Shown here: in pieces, positions 1 through 10,060 of the stretch
How positions within the stretch are numbered: the stretch's first letter is position 1
Layout of the letters: each line of letters opens with the position of its first letter
Origin: an uncultured beta proteobacterium
Lineage (GTDB): Bacteria; Pseudomonadota; Gammaproteobacteria; Burkholderiales; JAEUMW01
Reading direction: 5' to 3'
DNA length: 64,000 nt
Assembly: GCA_963719715.1 (NCBI GenBank)
Contig: CAVRDD010000030.1
Location: 92,140-156,139, forward strand
Notes under the pieces: generated by a model
Seen by the model: only the letters and a program-made list of their open reading frames with translations
Told to the model about the DNA's origin: nothing
The model's database searches: none
Program-made: the position numbers and the translations under genes

Positions 1-357
1 GGCAGAAGCTCGAAGCCGTTTCCGGCGACGACGGAGAACTCGGAGAGTGCTTCGGCGAGGTCGAGCGCCGGCGCAAACTCGGGCGGCAGCGGCGGGCGCG
101 GCGGCGGGCCCGTACGCTCGCGCGCGCCGAGCGCCTTGAGCGCCTCAAAGACCTTCGCCTGCATCTCGACACGGCTTCGTGCCAGGAAGACGCGACCGAT
201 GAGCCCGTACAGCAGGAGCCCCGCCCACGGCAGAAAAAAAAATCAGCAGGAGCCACGCGCGTGCCGAGGCGGGCGGGCGTCGTTGCGGAACGTAGAAGAG
301 CATGACGACGCGGATGATCCACTCGCTTGCGACGTAGAGGGTGCCGAGACTGGCCAA
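1..357 (-). pseudogene. cls: Cardiolipin synthase, N-terminal part. The gene runs off the window start. The frame is broken at an A9 (T9 on the coding strand) run.
   Basis: The minus-strand translation LYVASEWIIRVVMLFYVPQRRPPASARAWLLLIFF matches the Cls N-terminal TM region. After the T9 run the next frame reads LPWAGLLLYGLIGRVFLARSRVEMQAK...VVAGNGFELLP. Removing one T restores continuity. The TTG start at 357 is a guess. Confidence 0.55.
234..242. repeat. A9 homopolymer inside cls, at the site of the frame break.
   Basis: I counted nine consecutive A at 234-242. It is the longest homopolymer I noticed in this GC-rich window. Confidence 0.9.
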
Positions 358-403
358 GGATCGTTCCGTCGAAGCGGGATGATGCGAGCTCGCGGCAACG
401 GCC

Positions 404-616
404 TTACTGCGGCTGCTGCTTGAGCAAGCGTTCCCGCTCCGCTGCATAGGCTTCGCAGGAGACCTGATCGCGCGCCATCTTCGCGTCCGCCAGTGGATCG
501 ACAACGCGTACCCGGGTCTGCAGGCCCTCGCAGACGCTGCGCTGCGCGTCGCTGGCGCACGCGCTGAGCGCGCAAGCCACGCACAGGAGAAGACGGCGGA
601 GGAGATGGGGTCGCAT
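404..616 (-). CDS. Small putative lipoprotein (70 aa).
   Basis: This is an internal ATG of ORF 404..727. The product MRPHLLRRLLLCVACALSAC has a signal peptide with a lipobox-like LSAC. I recognise no family. Confidence 0.35.
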   Translation of the reverse strand: MRPHLLRRLLLCVACALSACASDAQRSVCEGLQTRVRVVDPLADAKMARDQVSCEAYAAERERLLKQQPQ

Positions 617-690
617 GCCGCGGCAGTATAGCCCGTGCGCTGGCGCTGGACAGCACGTCCACACCCGCGCCAGAATTCGCCACGTCTCCC

Positions 691-1500
691 TTGTCAGTTC
701 CACTGCCCATGTCGACCGCCGCTGCACCCGCGCCGAACCCGGAGGTCCTGCCCGTACGCAGGGTTACCGCGGACCGGCCCTTCCTCTGGCTGCGACTCGG
801 TTGGCGAGATTGCATGCGCACGCCGTGGGCAAGCCTCCTGCACGGTGTGGTGGTCGCGCTCGGCGGGGTCGTGATCCTGATCGCTGGCATGGAACATTGG
901 TACCTGCTACCAGGTGCTTTTTCAGGTTTCGTCCTGGTCGGGCCGATTCTCGCGACCGGGTTGTACGAACAGAGCCGGTTGCTCTCGCGCGGCAAGCGAC
1001 CGACGTTCGCAGATGCCGTCAACGCGTGGCGACGCGGCACGCGTCCGCTGGTCTGGCTCGGGCTCTGGCTCGGACTTCTCGGAACGCTGTGGGTGCTCGT
1101 GTCCGCCGGACTCTTCACGCTGTTCGTGAAGGCGCCGATCGCGGACGTGCGCAGCTTCCTGCTCTACACGGTGCGGGCGCAGGGCGATTTTCTCTTCGCG
1201 ATGTGGCTGCTGGCCGGTGCGCTCGGCAGCGCGCTGGTGTTCGCGGCGACTGCGGTGTCACCGCCCCTGCTGCTCGGGCGCATCGTCACACTGCGCAGCG
1301 CCGTCCTCACAAGTGTCCGGGCGGTCGGCGAGAACCCGGTCGCGCTTGCGGTGTGGGCGACGATCATCATGCTCGCGACCGCCTTCTCCGTCGTCACGGC
1401 GATGGCGGGTTTCATCATCACCGTTCCGGTGCTCGGCCACGCGACGTGGCATGCCTATCGGGATCTGGTCGACACTTCCTCGGTGCCCCTGCGGCACTGA
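691..1500 (+). CDS. DUF2189-family integral membrane protein.
   Basis: The 269 aa ORF has multiple TM segments. The motif pattern RPFLWLRLGWRDCMRTPWASLLHGVV...GPILATGLYEQSR is typical of DUF2189. Confidence 0.7.
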   Translation: MSVPLPMSTAAAPAPNPEVLPVRRVTADRPFLWLRLGWRDCMRTPWASLLHGVVVALGGVVILIAGMEHWYLLPGAFSGFVLVGPILATGLYEQSRLLSRGKRPTFADAVNAWRRGTRPLVWLGLWLGLLGTLWVLVSAGLFTLFVKAPIADVRSFLLYTVRAQGDFLFAMWLLAGALGSALVFAATAVSPPLLLGRIVTLRSAVLTSVRAVGENPVALAVWATIIMLATAFSVVTAMAGFIITVPVLGHATWHAYRDLVDTSSVPLRH

Positions 1501-1521
1501 GGCTTCGCGCGCGCCGCCCTC

Positions 1522-1728
1522 ATGTTCGGTTTCACCGAGGAACAGATTGCCCACTTCGGCCTGACCTTCGGGCTGAGCGGGTTCATGCTTTACATGCTTT
1601 TCATCATCTGGAACCTGGCGAAGGAATCCAAGGCCGGGCGCCTGGGCACCTTCGTGCTGTTCTTCGTGCTTTCGTTCGGAATGCTCGGCTTCATCGCCAA
1701 GACCATTCTGACGTGGTTTCTCGAGTAG
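1522..1728 (+). CDS. DUF2788-family small membrane protein.
   Basis: The 68 aa ORF reads MFGFTEEQIAHFGLTFGLSGFMLYMLFIIWNLAKESKAGRLG and has two TM helices. Confidence 0.65.
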   Translation: MFGFTEEQIAHFGLTFGLSGFMLYMLFIIWNLAKESKAGRLGTFVLFFVLSFGMLGFIAKTILTWFLE

Positions 1729-1823
1729 CAAAATCGCCGTCATCGCAAATCGCATTGTGCGGTGCGTACATCGGAAGCTAGAATCGGGCGGATTGGGACA
1801 GATTGTCACGGGACAAGCAAACG

Positions 1824-3641
1824 ATGAGCGCAACGAGCGAGAAGTCGAAGCAGGGCGGCGGCACCGCGCCTGCAGATCTGACGGCAGCGTTCGCCGAGAT
1901 GGCCCGGCAGACGAGTGAACAGGTCATGCAGTTCATGCAGCGTTCCAGTGGAGGCCTGATCTCCGACGAACTGGGCGTTGGGCAGGCCTTCATGGACCTC
2001 ACGCGGCACATGATGCAGGATCCGATGAAGCTCGCGCAGGCCCAGATGAAACTGTGGCAGGATTACATGCTGCTGTTTCAGACCTCGATGGTGCGTGCAT
2101 TCGGTCACGCCGCCGAGGCGGTGGCGGCACCAGCTTCGGGCGACAAGCGCTTCCGCCACGAGGACTGGGAGCGCAACTTTGTCTTCGACTACGTGAAGCA
2201 GTCGTATCTTCTTACCACGCGTTACATGCACGGTGTCGTCGGCAGCGTCGAAGGGTTGGACGAGAAGACGAAGAAGAAGGTCGACTTTTTCACGCGGCAG
2301 TACATCGACGCGCTCTCGCCCACCAACTTCGTGCTAACCAATCCCGAGGTGCTGCGCGAAACGATCGACTCGGGCGGCCAGAATCTCGTCAAGGGCCTCA
2401 GCAATCTGCTGCAGGATCTCGAGCGCGGCGACGGCCAGTCGATCCGCATCCGCATGACGGATTCGAGCGCGTTCAAGCTCGGCGAGAACATCGCCAACAC
2501 CCGCGGCAAGGTGGTCTACCAGAACGAACTGATGCAGTTGCTGCAGTACGATCCGACGACGGAGCAGGTCCTGCGCAAGCCGCTGCTGATCGTGCCACCG
2601 TGGATCAACAAGTTCTACATCCTCGACCTCAGGGAAAAGAACTCCTTCATCAAGTGGGCGGTCGACCAAGGTCACACCGTGTTCGTGATCTCGTGGGTGA
2701 ACCCGGATGTCAGGCTCGCGCACAAGAACTTCGAGGACTATCTGCTTGAAGGGCCGGTCGCCGCCGTCGAACAGATCCGCAAGGCGACCGGCGAGGACGA
2801 AGTCAACGCGCTCGGCTACTGTCTTGGCGGAACGCTGCTCGCCAGCACGCTGGGCTATCTCGCGGCGAAAGGCGAGAAGCGTATCGCGAGCGCGACCTTC
2901 TTCACGACCATGATCGACTTCGCCGAGCCCGGTGAAATGGAGATCTTTCTGGACGACCGTTCAATCACTGCGCTGGAGAAGAAGATGAAGCAGCGCGGCT
3001 ATCTCGAAGGGCACGAGATGGCTGGCACCTTCAACATGATGCGCGCGAACGACCTGATCTGGTCATTTGTGATCAGCAACTACCTGCTCGGCAAGGATCC
3101 CTTCCCGTTCGATCTGCTGCACTGGAATTCGGATTCCACGCGTCTGCCCGCCGCCATGCACACTTTCTACCTGCGCAACTGCTACCAGCGCAATCTGCTG
3201 AAAGATCCGGGCGGCGTGACGATGGCTGGTGTGCCGATCGATCTTGGGAAGGTGAAGGCGCCGTTGTACTTTCTGTCCGCGATCGAAGACCACATCGCGC
3301 CGTGGAAATCGACCTACAAGGGTTGTCATCTCGTCGCCGGCCCCGTCAAGTTCGTGCTCGGCGGGTCGGGGCACATCGCTGGCGTGATCAACCCGCCCGT
3401 CGCGAAGAAGTACGGTTACTGGACCAATGCGGAACTTCCCGCCGATCCGGACGCTTGGTTCGCCGGCGCCACCCAGCACGCGGGCTCTTGGTGGACGGAC
3501 TGGGAGAAGTGGGTCTCGCCGCTGGCGGGCGGCAAGGTTCCGGCGCGCGTTCCGGGCTCCGGTGGACTCCCGGTGCTGGAGGACGGACCCGGCTCCTACG
3601 TCAAGGCGCGGCTCGACGCACCCGTCCCCGCAGCAGGCTGA
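1824..3641 (+). CDS. phaC: Class I poly(3-hydroxyalkanoate) synthase.
   Basis: The ORF carries the lipase-box GYCLGG, plus PPWINKFYILDL and a C-terminal HIAGVINPP motif. The ORF track starts at TTG 1803. I prefer the ATG at 1824 (MSATSEK). Confidence 0.9.
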   Translation: MSATSEKSKQGGGTAPADLTAAFAEMARQTSEQVMQFMQRSSGGLISDELGVGQAFMDLTRHMMQDPMKLAQAQMKLWQDYMLLFQTSMVRAFGHAAEAVAAPASGDKRFRHEDWERNFVFDYVKQSYLLTTRYMHGVVGSVEGLDEKTKKKVDFFTRQYIDALSPTNFVLTNPEVLRETIDSGGQNLVKGLSNLLQDLERGDGQSIRIRMTDSSAFKLGENIANTRGKVVYQNELMQLLQYDPTTEQVLRKPLLIVPPWINKFYILDLREKNSFIKWAVDQGHTVFVISWVNPDVRLAHKNFEDYLLEGPVAAVEQIRKATGEDEVNALGYCLGGTLLASTLGYLAAKGEKRIASATFFTTMIDFAEPGEMEIFLDDRSITALEKKMKQRGYLEGHEMAGTFNMMRANDLIWSFVISNYLLGKDPFPFDLLHWNSDSTRLPAAMHTFYLRNCYQRNLLKDPGGVTMAGVPIDLGKVKAPLYFLSAIEDHIAPWKSTYKGCHLVAGPVKFVLGGSGHIAGVINPPVAKKYGYWTNAELPADPDAWFAGATQHAGSWWTDWEKWVSPLAGGKVPARVPGSGGLPVLEDGPGSYVKARLDAPVPAAG

Positions 3642-3705
3642 TCGACAACGGTACGCGGGGCGGCGCCCCGGGTGGACGCCCGCGGGCGGGCGTCGTGCGC
3701 GCAAC

Positions 3706-4506
3706 ATGGACGATTCCCATATGGATTTTGAGAACCTTATCCTCGAAGAGCGGGAGCCCGGCCTTTGGGTGCTGACGGTGCACCGGCCAAGCGCGCTGAA
3801 TGCGCTCAACAGCGCCACGCTTAGCGAGCTTTCCCAGGCCGTGCGGACCATCCGCGAACGCAAGGATGCGCACGTTCTGCTCATCACCGGAAGCGGCGAA
3901 AAGGCCTTCGTTGCTGGTGCCGACATCCGAGAACTGGCAGCGCTTACGCCAATGGAAGCGCAGGCGATGGCGGAACTGGCGAGCGATACCTTCCGCGGGC
4001 TGGAGCGGCTGTCGATCCCGACGGTTGCCTTGGTCAATGGATTCGCTCTGGGCGGCGGCTGCGAGCTCGCAATGAGCTGCGACATCATCCTCGCCTCGGA
4101 CCGGGCGGTCTTCGGACAGCCCGAGATCAACATCGGCATCATGCCGGGGTTCGGCGGCACCCAGCGCCTGCTGCGCCTGGTCGGTCGTTCGCGGGCGCTG
4201 GAGCTCATCATGACGGGGCGTCAGGTCAAGGCCGAGGAAGCTATGGCGATCGGGCTCGTGAATTACGTGTACCCGCCGGCGGAACTGCTGGAGCGCGGCT
4301 TCGAACTCGGACGTGCCCTGGTCGGCAAGCCGCCGCTTTCGATCAAGCTCATCAAGCAGATGGTGCAGCACGGTCTCGACATGAATCTCTCCGGCGCGAC
4401 GCTGTGGGAGACCGATGGCTTCGGCCTTGCTTTCGCGACCGACGACCGACGCGAGGGCATGGCGGCCTTCCTCGAGAAGAGACCGCCGCAGTTCAGCGGC
4501 CGCTGA
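3706..4506 (+). CDS. Enoyl-CoA hydratase/isomerase (crotonase) family protein.
   Basis: I use the internal ATG (MDDSHMDFENL) of ORF 3427..4506. Crotonase motifs are present: ITGSGEKAFVAGADI, GFALGGGCELAMSCD and FGQPEINIGIMPGFGGTQRL. Confidence 0.85.
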   Translation: MDDSHMDFENLILEEREPGLWVLTVHRPSALNALNSATLSELSQAVRTIRERKDAHVLLITGSGEKAFVAGADIRELAALTPMEAQAMAELASDTFRGLERLSIPTVALVNGFALGGGCELAMSCDIILASDRAVFGQPEINIGIMPGFGGTQRLLRLVGRSRALELIMTGRQVKAEEAMAIGLVNYVYPPAELLERGFELGRALVGKPPLSIKLIKQMVQHGLDMNLSGATLWETDGFGLAFATDDRREGMAAFLEKRPPQFSGR

Positions 4507-4612
4507 GGCGGGCGGACGTAACGGGAATCCCGCGCACCGCGTGCGGTCCAACCCGGCGTTATGAGGCGGCCATCAGAGCCTGCCCGACGCGAGCGACACG
4601 AAGGAGACAACG

Positions 4613-7265
4613 ATGGAGATGCACGACCACGATCCGCAGGAGACGCGGGAGTGGCTCGATGCGCTCGGCGCGGTATTGGAGGTCGAAGGCCCGGAGCGGG
4701 CCCATTACCTCCTCGAGCGACTGATCGAGAAGGCGCGCCGATCGGGCGCTTACCTGCCCTATAGCGCCAACACGGCGTACATCAACACGATTCCGCCGCA
4801 CCGCGAGGAGCGATCGCCGGGGGATTACGAACTCGAGCACCGCATTCGCTCGTATGTCCGCTGGAATGCGCTTGCCATGGTGCTGCGCGCCAACCGGCAG
4901 ACCAACGTCGGCGGACACATCGCAAGCTTCGCTTCGGCGGCCACGCTCTATGACGTCGGCTACAACCACTTCTGGCGGGCGCGCACCGACACGCGCGAAA
5001 GCGATCTGTTGTTCGTGCAGGGACATTCGGCCCCGGGCATCTATTCCCGCGCGTTCCTGCTCGGCCGGCTGAGCGAGGACCAGCTCGACAATTTCCGCCA
5101 GGAAGTCGACGGCAAGGGGCTGTCGTCCTACCCGCATCCGTGGCTCATGCCCGATTTCTGGCACTTTCCGACGGTGTCGATGGGCCTCGGGCCGCTCATG
5201 GCCATCTATCAGGCGAAGTTCATGAAGTACCTGCAGGACCGTGGCCTCGCCAAGACCGAGGGACGCAAGGTCTGGGCGTTCATGGGCGACGGCGAGATGG
5301 ATGAGCCGGAGTCGATGGGGGCGATCGGCGTCGCGGCACGCGAGCGACTCGACAACCTGATCTTCGTCGTCAACTGCAACCTGCAGCGCCTGGACGGACC
5401 GGTGCGCGGCAACGCGAAGATCATCCAGGAACTGGAAGCGGATTTTCGCGGTGCCGGCTGGAACGTGATCAAGGTGATCTGGGGTTCGTACTGGGATACG
5501 CTCTTCGCCAAGGACAAGAACGGGCTCCTGCTGAAGCGTATGGAAGAGTGCGTCGACGGTGAATACCAGACGTTCAAGTCGAAGGACGGCGCGTATGTGC
5601 GCAAGCACTTCTTCGGCAAGTACCCGGAACTGCTCGCGCTCGTCGCCAACATGACCGACGACGACATCTGGCGCTTGAATCGCGGTGGCCACGATCCGCA
5701 CAAGGTCTACGCTGCCTACGCTGCGGCGGTGAAGCACACCGGCCAGCCGACCGTGATCCTCGCGAAGACGATCAAGGGCTACGGCATGGGAGGGTCGGGC
5801 GAGGCGCAGAACATCACGCACCAGCAGAAGAAGATGGTGGCCGCCTCGCTCAGGGCTTTCCGCGACCGCTTCCGCCTGCCGATCGCAGATGACCAGGTCG
5901 AGTCATTGCCGTATCTGAGATTTCGCCGAAGGCTCGCCGGAGCTCGAATACATGCGCGAGCGGCGCCAGAGTCTCGGCGGCTTCATGACCCGCCGCCGGC
6001 GTCGCGCGGAGGCGCTCGAAGTGCCACCGCTCAGCGCCTTCGAGTCGCTTCTGAGCAGCTCGGAGGAGCGCGACTTTTCGACCACGATGGCGTTCGTGCG
6101 CATCCTCAGCAAGCTGGTCAAGGACAGGCAGATCGGCAGCCGCGTGGTGCCGATCGTGGCTGACGAATCTCGCACCTTCGGCATGGAAGGCATGTTCCGG
6201 CAGCTCGGCATCTGGTCCTCGGTGGGGCAGCTCTACACGCCGCAGGATGCCGATCAGCTCATGTACTACAAGGAGGACAAGCACGGCCAGATCCTGCAGG
6301 AGGGCATCAACGAAGCCGGCGCCATGGGAGACTGGATCGCTGCCGCGACCTCCTACAGCACGCACGGCGTGCCGATGATTCCCTTCTACATCTTCTATTC
6401 GATGTTCGGCTTCCAGCGCATCGGCGATCTGGCGTGGGCCGCGGGCGATTCGCGCTGCCGGGGCTTCCTCATCGGCGGCACGGCGGGCCGGACGACGCTG
6501 AACGGAGAGGGTCTGCAGCATGAAGACGGGCACAGCCATGTGCTGTCTTCGACCATTCCGAACTGCGTCTCGTACGACCCCGCGTTCGCGTTCGAACTTG
6601 CCGTGATCATTCAGGACGGACTGCGGCGCATGTATGCCGAGCAGGAAGACGTCTTCTACTACATCACGGTGATGAACGAGAACTACACACATCCGGCGAT
6701 GCCCGCGGGCGCTGAAGCGGGCATTCTCAAGGGGATGTATCTGCTGCGCGCCGGCGCCGAAGGCACAGGTCCCCGCGTGCAACTCATCGGCGCGGGGACG
6801 ATCCTGCGCGAGGTGCTCGCCGCCGCCGATCTGCTCGAGCGGGATTGGGGCGTCAACGCCGACGTCTGGAGCGCAACCAGTTTCTCGGAGCTGCGCCGCG
6901 ACGGGCTGGAGGCTACACGCTGGAACCTGCTCCATCCCCAGGCACCGCCTGCACTGTCGTATGTCGAGAGCTGCCTGATGGACCGCAAGGGCCCGGTGGT
7001 CGCCGCGAGCGACTACATGAAGATCTTGGCCGATCAGATCCGCGCGTACGTGCCCCATCGCTTCGCGGTACTCGGGACGGATGGCTACGGGCGCTCCGAT
7101 ACGCGCGACCAACTGCGCGGGTTCTTTGAGGTGAACCGCCATTGGGTCGTGCTCGCGGCGCTGCAGGCGCTCGCTGCGGACGGTGATATCCCGCGCGTGC
7201 AGGTCGCACAGGCGATCGCCAAATACCGTATCGACCCGGCCAAGCCGAGCCCGGTCCGGGTCTGA
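4613..7265 (+). pseudogene. aceE: Pyruvate dehydrogenase E1 component (homodimeric AceE type), with one frame break.
   Basis: ORFs 4613..6163 and 5952..7265 together give a full-length AceE. The junction reads LPYLRF|AEGSPELEYMRERRQSLGG. Removing one T of the TTT at 5921-5923 restores the frame. Confidence 0.85.
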
Positions 7266-7291
7266 AGATTCGCACGACGCAGGGGAAACGC

Positions 7292-8431
7292 ATGGGTGCG
7301 ATCAGGGAGGTATTGGTACCGGACATCGGTGATTTCAGCGATATCCAGGTGATCGAGGTCATCGTCAAGCCGGGCGACCGGGTGAAGCGGGAGGACGCGC
7401 TCATCGTCCTCGAATCGGACAAGGCGACGCTGGACGTGCCGGCGCCGTTCGGCGGTGCGGTCACTAGGCTCAAGGTGCGGGTGGGTGACCGCGTTTCCGA
7501 GGGCACGGCGATTCTGGAGTTGGAGGCGGAAGAGGCCGCGGCAGCGACGCTTCCGGACGCGGCGCCACCTGCCGAGCCAGCCAGGCTGGAAGCTGCACCT
7601 GCGCAGATCGAGCGCGGGGTACCGAGCGTGGCGGCGCAGGCGAGCGTGCCGCATGCAAGCCCTGCCATCCGCCGCTTCGCGCGCGAACTCGGCGTGGATC
7701 TGGAGCGGGTCGCGGGCAGCGGACCTTCGCAGCGGATCCTGCAGGACGACATCCAGATGTTTGTCCGGGCAGCAGTTGCCGGTTCGTCTGCGGCGCGAGC
7801 GGGCGGGGCAGGGGCTTCGTCCTGCCAGGCCACGCATTTCGATGAAGCCGACGTCACAGAGCTCGAAGCGTTCTGCGCGGAGGTTGCGGCCTCGATCGAG
7901 GGGGTGGACGTCGAGGTCACGCTGAGTGCGTTCGTGCTGAAGGCGGCTGCCGCAGCCCTGAAAACATTTCCGCAGCTGAACGCCACCATCGACGGCGAGA
8001 CGGTGATGCCGCAGGCGGCTTGCCACTGCGGGCTCATGCTCGAGGCATCGGGCAGTCGCGTGATGCACGTGGTACGCGACGTGGATCGGAGGGGAATCAT
8101 CGATCTCGCGCGCGAGTGTGGTGAGCTGGCTTCACGGGCCAGGGACGGTCGGCTCGATGACGTGACCGAAGGTGCCGCCTTCAGCCTTGCCAGCCTGACG
8201 CAGTTCGGTGGTACCGGCTACACACCGATGCTGCAGGCACCTGCTGTCGCGGTACTTGGTATCACGCGCCCGCAACTGCGACTGGTCGAGCGCGAGGGGA
8301 AGGTGACGACGCGACGGATGCTGCCGCTGTGTTTGTCGTATGATTCACGGGTGATCGACGCCGGCACTGCAGCGCGGTTTACCGGGCTTGTCGCTGCCCT
8401 GCTAGCTGATCTCCGACGCGTAAGCCTCTAG
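7292..8431 (+). CDS. 2-oxo acid dehydrogenase E2-like protein (lipoyl domain, E3-binding domain, shortened catalytic domain) lacking the catalytic His.
   Basis: The lipoyl motif LESDKATLDV and the PSBD sequence SPAIRRFARELGVDLERVAGSGP are present. The catalytic domain starts only at THFDEADVTELEAF. The C-terminal motif reads SYDSRVIDAG where the family has DHRxxDG. Confidence 0.75.
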   Translation: MGAIREVLVPDIGDFSDIQVIEVIVKPGDRVKREDALIVLESDKATLDVPAPFGGAVTRLKVRVGDRVSEGTAILELEAEEAAAATLPDAAPPAEPARLEAAPAQIERGVPSVAAQASVPHASPAIRRFARELGVDLERVAGSGPSQRILQDDIQMFVRAAVAGSSAARAGGAGASSCQATHFDEADVTELEAFCAEVAASIEGVDVEVTLSAFVLKAAAAALKTFPQLNATIDGETVMPQAACHCGLMLEASGSRVMHVVRDVDRRGIIDLARECGELASRARDGRLDDVTEGAAFSLASLTQFGGTGYTPMLQAPAVAVLGITRPQLRLVEREGKVTTRRMLPLCLSYDSRVIDAGTAARFTGLVAALLADLRRVSL

Positions 8432-8463
8432 ACGAGAACCCTGAATTGCCGACGAAGGAAAGC

Positions 8464-9198
8464 GTGACCGGTTCTGCCCGCCGATGGCGGGTCGCCGAGC
8501 CGGCCAGCACCGGCCCTGTCGGCGTTCTCGGCGGCACCTTCGATCCGATCCACATCGGGCACCTGCGGCTCGCCGAGGAGATCGTCGATGCCTGCAAGCT
8601 GGCGGTGGTGCGCTTCATCCCCTCCGCGATACCGCCGCACCGGGCGACGCCGCGGGTCACGGCGGATGACCGCCTGGAGATGGCGCGTGTTGCCATCGCC
8701 GACAACCCGCGCTTCGGTCTGGACGACCGCGAAATCAAGCGTGCAGGACCGAGCTATACGTTCGACACGCTGACCGAGTTGCGCCAGGAATTCGGGGCGA
8801 CGCGACCCATCTGCCTTCTGCTGGGGGCAGATGCGTTCCTCGATCTCGCAACCTGGCATCGCTGGCGCGAGATATTTTCCCTGGCACACGTGGTCGTTGC
8901 ACACCGGCCAGGTTTTCCCGTGGATTCATGGGGGCAGCGTATGCCGCAGCCGCTCGCGCGCGAGTACGAGACGCGGCGTCTTATGCAACCGCTTGCCACG
9001 CACTGGACACACGCGGGCGGAATCGCGACGGTCGCCACCACGGCACTCGACATCGCGGCTACACGGATCCGTGGAGGCCTTGAAGCTGGCCGTTCCCAGC
9101 GCTATTTGATCCCTGACTCCGTTCTCGACTATATTGAGGCGCGGGGCCTGTACAAGGAGCCGGATGAAACCGGACGAAACGAAGCAATTGACGATTGA
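8464..9198 (+). CDS. nadD: Nicotinate-nucleotide adenylyltransferase.
   Basis: The GGTFDPIHIGHL motif is present. I chose the GTG at 8464, which follows AAGGAA, over the TTG at 8446. Confidence 0.85.
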   Translation: MTGSARRWRVAEPASTGPVGVLGGTFDPIHIGHLRLAEEIVDACKLAVVRFIPSAIPPHRATPRVTADDRLEMARVAIADNPRFGLDDREIKRAGPSYTFDTLTELRQEFGATRPICLLLGADAFLDLATWHRWREIFSLAHVVVAHRPGFPVDSWGQRMPQPLAREYETRRLMQPLATHWTHAGGIATVATTALDIAATRIRGGLEAGRSQRYLIPDSVLDYIEARGLYKEPDETGRNEAIDD

Positions 9199-9523
9199 AG
9201 CGCTCGAGGACGTAAAGGGGCGCGATATCGTGGTTTTGGATACGAATCGTTTGTCATCGCTCTTCGATTGCATGATCATCGCCAGCGCCGATTCGACGAG
9301 GCAGGCCAGAGCCATGGCACAGCGGGTGCAGGAGCGAGTCAAGGCGCGCGGTGCCGAGGTCCTTGGTGTGGAGGGGGCGCAGGACGGCGACTGGGTTCTC
9401 GTCGATCTGGGCAGCGTAATCGTGCACATCATGCATCCAGCGACTCGCGCCTACTACAACCTCGAAGAGCTATGGGGGCCGCAGTTCCTGCCCGCGGTGC
9501 GGCGCCAGGCCGCATCAGGCTGA
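9164..9523 (+). CDS. rsfS: Ribosome silencing factor.
   Basis: The sequence is Iojap-like: DIVVLDTNRLSSLFDCMIIASADSTRQARAMA...WVLVDLGSVIVHIM. The ATG at 9164 follows AAGGAG. Confidence 0.85.
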   Translation: MKPDETKQLTIEALEDVKGRDIVVLDTNRLSSLFDCMIIASADSTRQARAMAQRVQERVKARGAEVLGVEGAQDGDWVLVDLGSVIVHIMHPATRAYYNLEELWGPQFLPAVRRQAASG

Positions 9524-9551
9524 TCCGACACGATCGTGGACTGCAACGGCC

Positions 9552-10022
9552 ATGCGGATGATCGTGATAGCCGTTGGACATCGCATGCCCTCGTGGGTGC
9601 AGGCCGGCTTCGACGAGTACGCCAGGCGTCTGCCGCGCGAGGCTCGGATCGAGTTGATCGAGGTGCGACCGGTGCGGCGGTCGGCAACCGTGAGCGTGGA
9701 ACGGGCGATGGCCCACGAGGAATCACGCATCGATGCTGCCGTTCCCACAGGTTGCCAGCGCGTGGTCCTGGACGAACGCGGGGCTGAGGTGACGAGTGTT
9801 GGCCTCTCGCGTAAGGTCGAATCCTGGTTTGGCGCCGGGCTTGACGTGGCGCTTGTCATCGGCGGTGCCGACGGGCTTTCTGACCGCTTTCGCCGCTCGG
9901 CTGACCTGATGCTCGCCCTTTCGCGTCTCACCCTGCCGCACGGTCTCGTGCGGGTGCTGCTCGCCGAGCAGTTGTACCGCGCGATTTCGATCATGCACAA
10001 TCATCCCTATCACCGGGAGTAA
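9552..10022 (+). CDS. rlmH: 23S rRNA (pseudouridine1915-N3)-methyltransferase.
   Basis: The 156 aa SPOUT protein ends in LSRLTLPHGLVRVLLAEQLYRAISIMHNHPYHRE. Confidence 0.9.
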   Translation: MRMIVIAVGHRMPSWVQAGFDEYARRLPREARIELIEVRPVRRSATVSVERAMAHEESRIDAAVPTGCQRVVLDERGAEVTSVGLSRKVESWFGAGLDVALVIGGADGLSDRFRRSADLMLALSRLTLPHGLVRVLLAEQLYRAISIMHNHPYHRE

Positions 10023-10060
10023 CAGCGGCCGCATCCGGGTCGCGCCAACGGAGCACCACG

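Noticed and set aside
3063-8100. Long antisense ORFs (3063..4211, 4559..5821, 5850..7142, 6913..8100) opposite phaC, the crotonase, aceE and E2.
   Set aside because: They are typical shadow ORFs of high-GC DNA, with Arg/Ala/Pro-rich low-complexity translations and no family similarity. The sense-strand genes are unambiguous. The same reasoning applies to 38807..40066, 42180..43796, 47195..48937, 50522..51886, 53542..54537 and the many plus-strand ORFs over 27-37 kb.
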